Positions 35,208-42,194 of a stretch of 42,194 nt of DNA are shown piece after piece; position 1 is the first letter of the stretch; the number at the start of each line of letters is the position of its first letter. Location: positions 1-42,194 of IMG/VR virus record IMGVR_UViG_3300020045_002219. One strand, given 5' to 3'. This stretch comes from a virus (taxonomy: Duplodnaviria > Caudoviricetes). The position numbers were made by a program, and so were the translations under genes. The notes below the pieces were generated by a model. It had not been told where the DNA came from and did not search any database. It worked only from the letters and a program-made list of their open reading frames with translations.

Positions 35208-35642
35208 ATGGATAAATTTTACAAAATAGACGACAAACTTCTTAAATTAAAAACATTAAAAGATAAGAATGGCAAAGAGCACAGTATATCTGCGAACCAT
35301 AAAATGGTGTATTTGTATCTTAAAGATAGATTTGATTTCTTTACGTCCAATAAACAAGAATATTTTGATACTAATAAAACTATTGCTGAAAATACTGGAC
35401 TTGAAGAACGAACAGTAATCCGTTGTATAAAATTATGGATCGATTTAGGTTATGTAGAGAAGAAAGTTATAAAGTATAAGAACCTGCCAAAGAATATCTT
35501 TACAAAAGTCTTACCTCTTACTTTCAGCATAACCACCAGTAAACCTAAACTTAGTAAACAAGAACCAACTAAATCTGTAGTTAACACAGATCCTTACTTT
35601 TATAATAACTATGAATTTGAAGATGATGGTTATCCATTTTAA
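35208..35642 (+). CDS. Winged-HTH replication-initiator-like protein
   Basis: KMVYLYL..R, TNKTIAENTGLEERTVIRCIKLWIDLGYV; acidic tail EDDGYPF. Confidence 0.7.
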   Translation: MDKFYKIDDKLLKLKTLKDKNGKEHSISANHKMVYLYLKDRFDFFTSNKQEYFDTNKTIAENTGLEERTVIRCIKLWIDLGYVEKKVIKYKNLPKNIFTKVLPLTFSITTSKPKLSKQEPTKSVVNTDPYFYNNYEFEDDGYPF

Positions 35643-36090
35643 TTTGGAGAAGATATTGAAAGAACAATTTTGTGTTTATTTTATAGCATTCAGCAAGAAA
35701 TATGATGCACATGTAAAGATTGGGTATACCTCGAATATAAACTATCGTTTAGTTTCTTTACAAACAGCGTGTCCTTATCCATTACATGTAATAGATATTA
35801 TAGATTGCAAGGACAAAGAGCAAGCTGTAAAACTGGAAGCTTTCTTACATAGATATATGCAGGCTTTTAGAATGGAAGGAGAGTGGTTCTACTGGGAGAA
35901 GGCCGGTAAACTTTTAAATAAAGCATTGACAACATTCTGCAACATGAAAGAGTCTGAAAAATTAACTATAACAAAACATAAACGAAAAACAGTTAAAGAT
36001 TTCATTAATATAGAATTGAAAGATGAAAATACAAGATTGAGGAAAGAACTCTTTAATCTTAAAAAGGAGCAGCAAACCGAAACTGTTTAA
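35611..36090 (+). CDS. T5orf172/GIY-YIG-like protein (exact start uncertain)
   Basis: VYFI...VKIGYT....RL.SLQTACP...LEAFLH...RMEGEWF. Confidence 0.8.
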   Translation: MNLKMMVIHFNLEKILKEQFCVYFIAFSKKYDAHVKIGYTSNINYRLVSLQTACPYPLHVIDIIDCKDKEQAVKLEAFLHRYMQAFRMEGEWFYWEKAGKLLNKALTTFCNMKESEKLTITKHKRKTVKDFINIELKDENTRLRKELFNLKKEQQTETV

Positions 36091-36182
36091 TAAAAAGTCA
36101 ATTATTGTAGAAATAACTATTGACAACACAAACATCAAAGACTATTCTTAACAACATCAAGACAACGAGAGGCAAAAACAAA

Positions 36183-36512
36183 ATGTCAAAAGAACTTTAT
36201 AATCTGAAACGTTACTTTGCAAACTTACACCTTAAAGGTTTGTTAGATGTTTGTGATTCTGATGAATCCGAAGGAGATTATCTTGTTTTAATAGTTACAG
36301 ATATGGAACAGGACTACCAATACACTTTTAATTTTGAAGCAAACGGAACGCTCTATTATAAGAACAAACCTGAACTGAATAAAATTAACAGAGATGAAGA
36401 TGACACTTTTATGTTCTTAACAGATGAAGATTATAGCTCGTTGTGTAGTTTCTTATATCATTTACCTGATTCAGATAATAATATGCTCGCTGTTGGTTTT
36501 GGGTTATTTTAA
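36183..36512 (+). CDS. Acidic hypothetical protein (start 36183)
   Basis: GAGG RBS; promoter TTGACA(36120)-17-TATTCT. Confidence 0.6.
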   Translation: MSKELYNLKRYFANLHLKGLLDVCDSDESEGDYLVLIVTDMEQDYQYTFNFEANGTLYYKNKPELNKINRDEDDTFMFLTDEDYSSLCSFLYHLPDSDNNMLAVGFGLF

Positions 36513-36522
36513 GGGTTTAACC

Positions 36523-36969
36523 ATGAAACTTCATTGTAATAAATGTAACAAAGTCCTAACAAAAGATTTATATCAGATTAAGAAATTAAAGCAACACCTT
36601 GAACACGATTACTGTGTTGGAGATGAAGATGGATTTCCAAGCTACCAAAAAATAGTATTTGAATTACCGCAGGGAGCTTATCTTGCAACAAACAAGTCTG
36701 TAACTATTTTCGATTATAAAGCGGAATCTGGTGATGGTTTAGTTGGGAGACGCTTGCAATCCTATAAAGAACCTGCTACATTTTCTGTTAGTAAAGTGGA
36801 TACTATTGACGTTCCGAAGTTTAAAGAAGGGTGGGGTTGTTGTGATTACCACGACACAGATTTGGTTTGTTCTTGTGGCTCCATTATTGGTATTATGAAT
36901 TATGATTGTTGGATCGATTTTAAACGAACTGACTTCTATCAAACAAAGACACACTTTGAGAACAGTTAA
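36523..36969 (+). CDS. Cys-rich, probably Zn-binding protein (start 36523)
   Basis: CNKC and GCC....LVCSCG....DC motifs. Confidence 0.6.
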   Translation: MKLHCNKCNKVLTKDLYQIKKLKQHLEHDYCVGDEDGFPSYQKIVFELPQGAYLATNKSVTIFDYKAESGDGLVGRRLQSYKEPATFSVSKVDTIDVPKFKEGWGCCDYHDTDLVCSCGSIIGIMNYDCWIDFKRTDFYQTKTHFENS

Positions 36970-36979
36970 TGGTAATTAA

Positions 36980-37095
36980 CAGAAAGCTCCTGTAGAGTTT
37001 TTAAGCGATTCTAAGCTTAGGTAATACGAATGTATTGCTTAGCTCTAAGAATTGAAAATAGAGCTAATACAGAAGGTTTTAGTGCAGGTTCTAAA
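36980..37095. repeat. Dispersed dyad element, copy B
   Basis: TAGGTAATAC-gaat-GTATTGCTTA dyad; inverted GCTCTATTTTCAATTCTT at 37047-37064. Confidence 0.6.
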
Positions 37096-37117
37096 CATAA
37101 ACAAAGGATATATTGAG

Positions 37118-37366
37118 ATGAAGGCTTGTTGTTTTGTTAAAAACTATACACAAGTGTACCATTGGGAATTATCTCCAGATGAGAGGTTACTTTATAGTAA
37201 AGCTGATATAGGAAAGTTCATTCAAGGTTGGAATGCCTATATCTACGATAGTAATGTGACTTCAGATGAAGAAGCTATAGAAAGATTAAAAGAAGAACAA
37301 TTAAAATGTTTACAAGATCAAATAGACGAATTAAACTCTAATATCCGTAAAATTAATCTGTTATAA
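37118..37366 (+). CDS. Hypothetical protein (start 37118)
   Basis: AAGGA RBS. Confidence 0.55.
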   Translation: MKACCFVKNYTQVYHWELSPDERLLYSKADIGKFIQGWNAYIYDSNVTSDEEAIERLKEEQLKCLQDQIDELNSNIRKINLL

Positions 37367-37376
37367 GGAATATAAA

Positions 37377-37832
37377 ATGAAAGAGAATGACATTTTCAAA
37401 TGGTCTTGGAAAGATGAACACTTACCATCAAAGAATTATGGTGATGCTTATCGGTGCTGTGCTCGTTTAGCAAAAGTTATTGATGGAAATCTTATGGACC
37501 TATTTTGGTCTATGGGAGAAAGTTCCCAGTCAAGAAAACTTGACACCGATAAGGTGGACCTTGTTTATCTTGGAAATCTCGAGGATTATCAAGAAGTTAG
37601 AACAACAGATAAAGACTATGTCTCTAAATATCCAGACGGTGAAACTGAATTCGTTAGTTATGGAGTTAATGTTGGATCAGTTCTATCTAAAAGTAAGAAA
37701 CAAAAACGAATCAGGAATGTTCTTGAAATCTTAGAGTGCATTTCAAATCCAGAAGATGTTAACAATATTGAGTATATGCGAGATTCTATTAAACGTTGTA
37801 TCGAGCAATTAAGCAAGTGCATCAAGAAGTAA
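37377..37832 (+). CDS. Hypothetical protein
   Basis: AAGGA RBS, 151 aa. Confidence 0.6.
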   Translation: MKENDIFKWSWKDEHLPSKNYGDAYRCCARLAKVIDGNLMDLFWSMGESSQSRKLDTDKVDLVYLGNLEDYQEVRTTDKDYVSKYPDGETEFVSYGVNVGSVLSKSKKQKRIRNVLEILECISNPEDVNNIEYMRDSIKRCIEQLSKCIKK

Positions 37833-37931
37833 TAATTAGTATTTATTTAATAATTAATAGAAATAGTTAATAAATAGTTATGCAAAAGATATGAATATGC
37901 AATCAAATCTGCACAAGTTACACCCAAACTT

Positions 37932-37953
37932 AACCTTCCTTGTGAAGGTTTTT
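37932..37953 (+). terminator. Intrinsic terminator ending the rightward block
   Basis: AACCTTC-cttgt-GAAGGTT plus T tract. Confidence 0.6.
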
Positions 37954-38309
37954 GTGCTTCAAAAGCTGGGGACTTGAGAGAAAAATGCTTTAAATAGTTC
38001 CAGAAACAGGATTACACCCTGACCACTTTTTAATAAAAACAGATCCAAGATTCTGAAAACACCCAAATCAAAATATAATAACCTTAGTTCTGTTATTTTG
38101 AATCAGAACTAAAGAACAAATTAATAAAAATGAAATCAGGTTTTGAAAAATTCCTAAAGTAATAATTAACAAAACTCGTTTTTGATTTTCAAAAATCGGG
38201 CGGAGACTAAAGTTAAGATTCGCTGGCAAGGTTTTCGTTTTCAAAAAATTATATACAGAAAATTTAACAGAAATGGATCAGGATTTCCTAAATTAGAAAA
38301 ATCTGAAAT

Positions 38310-38328
38310 GATAATGATTCTCATTTTC
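38310..38328. promoter_or_regulatory. Fur-box-like motif
   Basis: GATAATGATTCTCATTTTC, 16/19 to GATAATGATAATCATTATC. Confidence 0.5.
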
Positions 38329-38464
38329 AAATCTAAACAAGAATTATTCTCATCTGCAGAATATCGCCCAAACTACCGGAGATTTTCTATCCCCGTGGCC
38401 CTTGCCGTGGTAGCTCTCCAGTTTTAAGCCGTGGTGCAGGCTGCTTTGTATCTTGTATAATAAG

Positions 38465-38493
38465 ATTATAGATCCGCCAACTATGGAAAGCAA
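38465..38493 (-). promoter_or_regulatory. Leftward sigma70 promoter into the non-coding region
   Basis: TTGCTT-17-TATAAT on the minus strand, inside a GATCCGC...GCGGATC inverted repeat. Confidence 0.6.
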
Positions 38494-38522
38494 GCGGATC
38501 AAATGAATTATTTTATAATGTT

Positions 38523-38750
38523 TTAACCTTCTAATGGAATTAAATACAGACCTGTAAAACTTTCTTTGAAGTGATTAAAATTTCTAATAACCGCACATTC
38601 TGGAATGTTCTGTTTTAACGTGCTATACATAGAAGGATTAGAAAATACTAATTGGTCTCTTTGTTGTTTGCTTTCAAAAGCCCAATATTCAATTGTTCTG
38701 ATAGGGTTTAAAACAGTTCCAGCGTTAGTTACTTGCTGTGCATAATACAT
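38523..38750 (-). CDS. Hypothetical early protein (start 38750)
   Basis: AAGG RBS, follows the 45-aa ORF. Confidence 0.6.
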   Translation of the reverse strand: MYYAQQVTNAGTVLNPIRTIEYWAFESKQQRDQLVFSNPSMYSTLKQNIPECAVIRNFNHFKESFTGLYLIPLEG

Positions 38751-38754
38751 GATA

Positions 38755-38892
38755 TTAAACCTTCTTAATAATGTAACGAACCGCACCATATTGCAGATCT
38801 AGCTTGTCTGCATACTTTCTCAGCCCTTGCAAAGTCTTTGCTTTAGACTTAACAACCGCTCTGGTTTTAGTATCAACAATAATGTAATCCAT
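38755..38892 (-). CDS. Small early protein (not in ORF track)
   Basis: MDYIIVDTKTRAVVKSKAKTLQGLRKYADKLDLQYGAVRYIIKKV; AGGACGAAAGATT leader; own promoter 38967-38938. Confidence 0.7.
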   Translation of the reverse strand: MDYIIVDTKTRAVVKSKAKTLQGLRKYADKLDLQYGAVRYIIKKV

Positions 38893-39055
38893 AATCTTTC
38901 GTCCTGTAAGGGGTCACGTCGTGCAACCGATAGAGAAATAATAGCACAGATACAGAAAAGAGATCAAATTATTTTATAAGAAAAATTTTGTTGTTTCATC
39001 ATTTGTTTTAATGTAGGCTTTTCACGTTGTTTTAAACTTTATGAGATCTTACATT

Positions 39056-39523
39056 ATGACACGTATTAACGTCCTTCCTGCTGAGCTACTGCTATCAGAA
39101 CATCTTCTGGCTGAATTGAGAGAGATTACACGCATACCTAATGCAATCCTATCGGGTAAAGCTAAAATCGATTTTAAGGCCATTCCAGACCGTTATACGC
39201 TGGGTAAAGGCCATGTGCTCCATTTCTATGATAAGCTTGGTTACATCAAAATACGATATGATCAGCTTTACAAAGAAGCAAAGAAACGTGGGTTCAATGT
39301 CACTTACAAAGATATCGATTACTCACAATTATCACCAGTGCACCATGTGGCTTTGATGCATGACTATATACCAACTAAAGAAGCACAGCTTTTGAACATA
39401 GAAAGGATCTGTGAACGATTTGATCTTAGAAAGAAAAACTATTCTTTTCATGGTGTTATCATTAACGATGAATACTCTTTCAATCGTTATCTAAATTTAG
39501 TGCAGAAAAAGCTTGCACTCTGA
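39056..39523 (+). CDS. denV: Pyrimidine dimer DNA glycosylase / endonuclease V
   Basis: MTRIN with Thr2, Arg22, Glu23, Arg26 as in T4 DenV; YTLGKGHV.HFYDKL. Confidence 0.93.
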   Translation: MTRINVLPAELLLSEHLLAELREITRIPNAILSGKAKIDFKAIPDRYTLGKGHVLHFYDKLGYIKIRYDQLYKEAKKRGFNVTYKDIDYSQLSPVHHVALMHDYIPTKEAQLLNIERICERFDLRKKNYSFHGVIINDEYSFNRYLNLVQKKLAL

Positions 39524-39589
39524 AATTGTTCTGATAATATTTAATACATCGGCAGCAAGTGAGCTGCATCAAAACAAAGGACTTTTAAA

Positions 39590-39751
39590 ATGTTTATAAA
39601 ATTGTTGTACTGGATAGCTTTTCTGATAGCTGGATTTTTCGCAGTTGATGGAATGTTAACATCTGATAAATGGGAGTCATTGTTTGCTGGTTTCCTGATT
39701 TTCGGAATTGTTATTCATCATTCTATGACAAATGAAAAAGTTATAATTTAA
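39590..39751 (+). CDS. Small two-TM early protein (not in ORF track)
   Basis: MFIKLLYWIAFLIAGFFAVDG...LFAGFLIFGIVIHH, 53 aa; AAGGA RBS; own promoter. Confidence 0.65.
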   Translation: MFIKLLYWIAFLIAGFFAVDGMLTSDKWESLFAGFLIFGIVIHHSMTNEKVII

Positions 39752-39836
39752 TCTTAAACTAGGTTGATTTATAAGATTAGATAAGCTACTATTCTTCCAA
39801 GGCCGGCAAGGGCTGATTACTAACAGGACAAAGATT

Positions 39837-40133
39837 ATGACTAAAGTATGGCAAGCTCAAAACACAGATCAATCTTCTTATGTCGGTGTTGTTGAATTCG
39901 AAGATCCTAGAAATGATGGCGATTACATTTATTTTGAGGTAGTCAAAACAGAAACACATTTTGTTTTTGGTAATAGTTGCAATGTCGGATTACTAGAATC
40001 TGGGAATTATAAGATTGACCCTGATTTCTCAGATGATGAAAATTTACAAGAATTGTTTGAAGATTTAAAAAGCTATTACCAAGATGGTAAAGGTTATCAG
40101 TCGGATCGCTTTTCTTGCAATGAAAGAATGTAA
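39837..40133 (+). CDS. Acidic early protein
   Basis: About 20 D/E in 98 aa; promoter TTGATT(39764)-17-TACTAT. Confidence 0.7.
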   Translation: MTKVWQAQNTDQSSYVGVVEFEDPRNDGDYIYFEVVKTETHFVFGNSCNVGLLESGNYKIDPDFSDDENLQELFEDLKSYYQDGKGYQSDRFSCNERM

Positions 40134-40226
40134 ATCAAATTAAAAACTTGCAAAACCAAATTAGTTCAACTAATATAAATACAAGTTCAGGCAATAGTGC
40201 CGAACTAACAAAGTGAGATAAAGATC

Positions 40227-40628
40227 ATGACTAATTCAACTGTAATTACCTTACAATCTCAAATTGATTCTATTGAATCTAAACTTTCTGCTTTGCGTTT
40301 GCAGGTTTCTGATTTAGAATCACAACAAAGTAAAATTGAGCTTGATCCGGATGACTTTGCAGATCAGTTCGATGAATCTTTAGATGTTGAAACTATCACT
40401 ATTTGTGGTTGTGAATATTCACCTTCCCGTATATTGAAAGAAGTAGATCCGATTAATTATAATGAAAGTTTATACAATTATGCAGATTCTATTTTTGATG
40501 CTTCAGAAACGGATGAATACAAAGAGTTGCAAGAACAAATCGATTCACTAGAAGACAATATCAGCGATTTAGAAAGCGAATTAGATGATCTGTTTTCTGA
40601 ATTAGAAGAAGCAAAAGAAACTGAATAA
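40227..40628 (+). CDS. Highly acidic coiled-coil early protein
   Basis: About 37 D/E versus 7 K/R in 133 aa; promoter TTGCAA(40148)-17-TAATAT. Confidence 0.75.
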   Translation: MTNSTVITLQSQIDSIESKLSALRLQVSDLESQQSKIELDPDDFADQFDESLDVETITICGCEYSPSRILKEVDPINYNESLYNYADSIFDASETDEYKELQEQIDSLEDNISDLESELDDLFSELEEAKETE

Positions 40629-40734
40629 ATAGCTTGATCTTTAGATTGTGAGATTATAGAATAGTCTCACTTTCTAAGGAAAAGATTTAAACCGCCAATA
40701 ATGGCAAATTAACCACTAAATAAACGGTGATATC

Positions 40735-41136
40735 ATGAAAAACTTAAATATTAAAAAACCTTCTGTTCGTTCTGTATATGTCAATTATATCTTAGAAAAT
40801 ATTGACAGTTCAGGTCACGGTATTGTCACTGTTACTACAGAACAAAAATGGAAATTTCTAGCAGAAACAATCGTTTCAGAATATGGTTTTAACATGAAAG
40901 ATCGCGGTTATACCGATCAACAATGTGTTAAGGAGTGGTTGATGGGTTTACCCTCTTGTTTAACTGTCGATTTTTCTTACTTCGACATTTATAACCACTT
41001 ATATAGTTGGGGTTTCTTGAAAGAGTCGGATACAGAAAATAAACATGAAAAGGCGCACGATCTTTACTGGATAAATCTCGCCTCTGCTATTGTCGCAGAA
41101 TGTAGAAAGGCTGGTTTTCCGATTGTAGTACGCTAA
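40735..41136 (+). CDS. Hypothetical early protein
   Basis: EWLMGLPS motif; promoter TTGATC(40634)-17-TAGAAT. Confidence 0.7.
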   Translation: MKNLNIKKPSVRSVYVNYILENIDSSGHGIVTVTTEQKWKFLAETIVSEYGFNMKDRGYTDQQCVKEWLMGLPSCLTVDFSYFDIYNHLYSWGFLKESDTENKHEKAHDLYWINLASAIVAECRKAGFPIVVR

Positions 41137-41139
41137 GAT

Positions 41140-41490
41140 ATGGGACAAGATAACAGTTTCTTGTTATTCATCGGGGCGATCTTTCTTTGTTTATTCGCCC
41201 TATTTAGCCCTTTTTTTATCATCGGGGCAGTGATTGCAGGTTATAAAGGGATTAAAATTATGTTACACAATCAAAAAATTGATCAGAAGGCGTTACAATA
41301 TGTTTTAGTTATGTATCGACTGAAAGATCTAGACTTCAGTGAGAAGCGCTACACACGTTTATACAATCTGCCTGAATTTGAGAAACTGGATATCGAAGGA
41401 AATAAACAAATCGACATCCTGGTGCGGTTTCAATCAACTGAAGATCAGTGCAAACAATATGCAAAAAACAACAATCTGACAATCAATTAA
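41140..41490 (+). CDS. Membrane-anchored hypothetical protein
   Basis: N-terminal hydrophobic hairpin. Confidence 0.6.
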   Translation: MGQDNSFLLFIGAIFLCLFALFSPFFIIGAVIAGYKGIKIMLHNQKIDQKALQYVLVMYRLKDLDFSEKRYTRLYNLPEFEKLDIEGNKQIDILVRFQSTEDQCKQYAKNNNLTIN

Positions 41491-41508
41491 ATAAAGAAGG
41501 TGTTTATT

Positions 41509-41874
41509 ATGGCTTACTTTAATTTTAATAAAATTCTATCACAGAATATCTTTAAACATTATGAGGGTGATACAGGACAAAATACAAAAGCTTTAGTTTT
41601 AAAATCTGGATTGGTTTTAAGTATTCAAGCTTCAGATCGGCATTATTGCTGGCCCCGTGAAACGATGGATTATAGTTTGTATGAATCTTTTGAGGTTGGT
41701 TTTCCTTCTTATAAAGTATACACTTTAATGCTTTATGCAGAAGACGCTACATTGCCAACTAATACAGTTTATGCAAATGTTCCTAGATCAGTTATAAAGA
41801 AATTGATTGATAGACATGGTGGTATTGTCGGAACAAGTGATTGGAAAACTAACACTTTGTACAAATTCAAATAA
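41509..41874 (+). CDS. Conserved-looking phage hypothetical protein (start 41509)
   Basis: SIQAS..HYC.PR...EVGFPS...YAED...PT.TVY..VP...I.RHGG pattern. Confidence 0.7.
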   Translation: MAYFNFNKILSQNIFKHYEGDTGQNTKALVLKSGLVLSIQASDRHYCWPRETMDYSLYESFEVGFPSYKVYTLMLYAEDATLPTNTVYANVPRSVIKKLIDRHGGIVGTSDWKTNTLYKFK

Positions 41875-41910
41875 ACTAATTTAATAACTAAATATCAGGA
41901 ACATAAAACA

Positions 41911-42033
41911 ATGAAAGAACTAGATAAGAAAGCATTTGATAATAATTACCAGTATGATGATTACAAGAAACAGATCAAGAAAGAAACAAAACAACGACAA
42001 GAGGCACGACAACAAAAGCGTAATTGGAACTAA
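41911..42033 (+). CDS. Small basic protein (not in ORF track)
   Basis: AGGA RBS; MKELDKKAFDNNYQYDDYKKQIKKETKQRQEARQQKRNWN, 40 aa. Confidence 0.55.
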   Translation: MKELDKKAFDNNYQYDDYKKQIKKETKQRQEARQQKRNWN

Positions 42034-42066
42034 TAAAGAAAAATCGTAAAAGGCAGGCATAAAAGC

Positions 42067-42144
42067 TTGCTTTTTCTTTTTATTGGGTCTATACTTATTT
42101 CAAGAGTTCGGGAATAGTTCCTGACCTTTATAGGACATAAGATT
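42067..42144 (+). promoter_or_regulatory. Early promoter + leader hairpin + RBS for a gene starting at 42145 (runs off window)
   Basis: TTGCTT-17-TATACT; TCGGGAA-tag-TTCCTGA; AGGACATAAGATT-ATG. Confidence 0.7.
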
Positions 42145-42194
42145 ATGATAAACCTATTACCTGATATGCTCACATTAGCTTTTGAGATTGTTTG

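Noticed and set aside
38182-38427. 81-aa ORF from the track
   Set aside because: TTG start without RBS, in a motif-rich region and opposing a leftward promoter; likely spurious
38755-38892. Anti-CRISPR assignment for the 45-aa early protein
   Set aside because: Only a vague size and pattern resemblance; no adjacent aca gene; cannot be supported without a search
1-42194. Stop-codon reassignment (alternative genetic code)
   Set aside because: All core genes are intact in code 11 and TAA, TAG and TGA all end genes; the in-frame continuations at 17023 and 12733 are isolated cases

Overview
AT-rich segment of a lytic, myovirus-type (contractile-tail) dsDNA phage genome; the host is probably a gammaproteobacterium, inferred from sigma70-type promoters throughout. 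Layout: (1) 1-13.56 kb, + strand: 3' part of the tape measure, a complete baseplate set, two tail-fibre/receptor-binding genes with chaperones, then a more GC-rich stretch of partly decayed fibre-tip/chaperone cassettes. (2) 13.65-24.1 kb, - strand: replication module (GIY-YIG/T5orf172 endonuclease, SSB, HNH, T7-like family A polymerase, Toprim-DnaB primase-helicase, Pif1-like helicase). (3) 24.2-37.8 kb, + strand: accessory genes including a MoxR AAA+/HExxH-vWA pair, a SleB-like hydrolase, an orphan HigA-like HTH, and a plasmid-like wHTH/iteron/RHH module that is a candidate origin. (4) 37.83-38.5 kb: non-coding probable terminus region with Fur-box-like motifs. (5) 38.5-42.2 kb: early host-takeover-type array of small genes, mostly with their own promoter and leader hairpin (denV, acidic proteins). 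No tRNA, rRNA, CRISPR array, integrase, invertase or reverse transcriptase was seen. Family assignments are from motif recognition by eye, not database searches.
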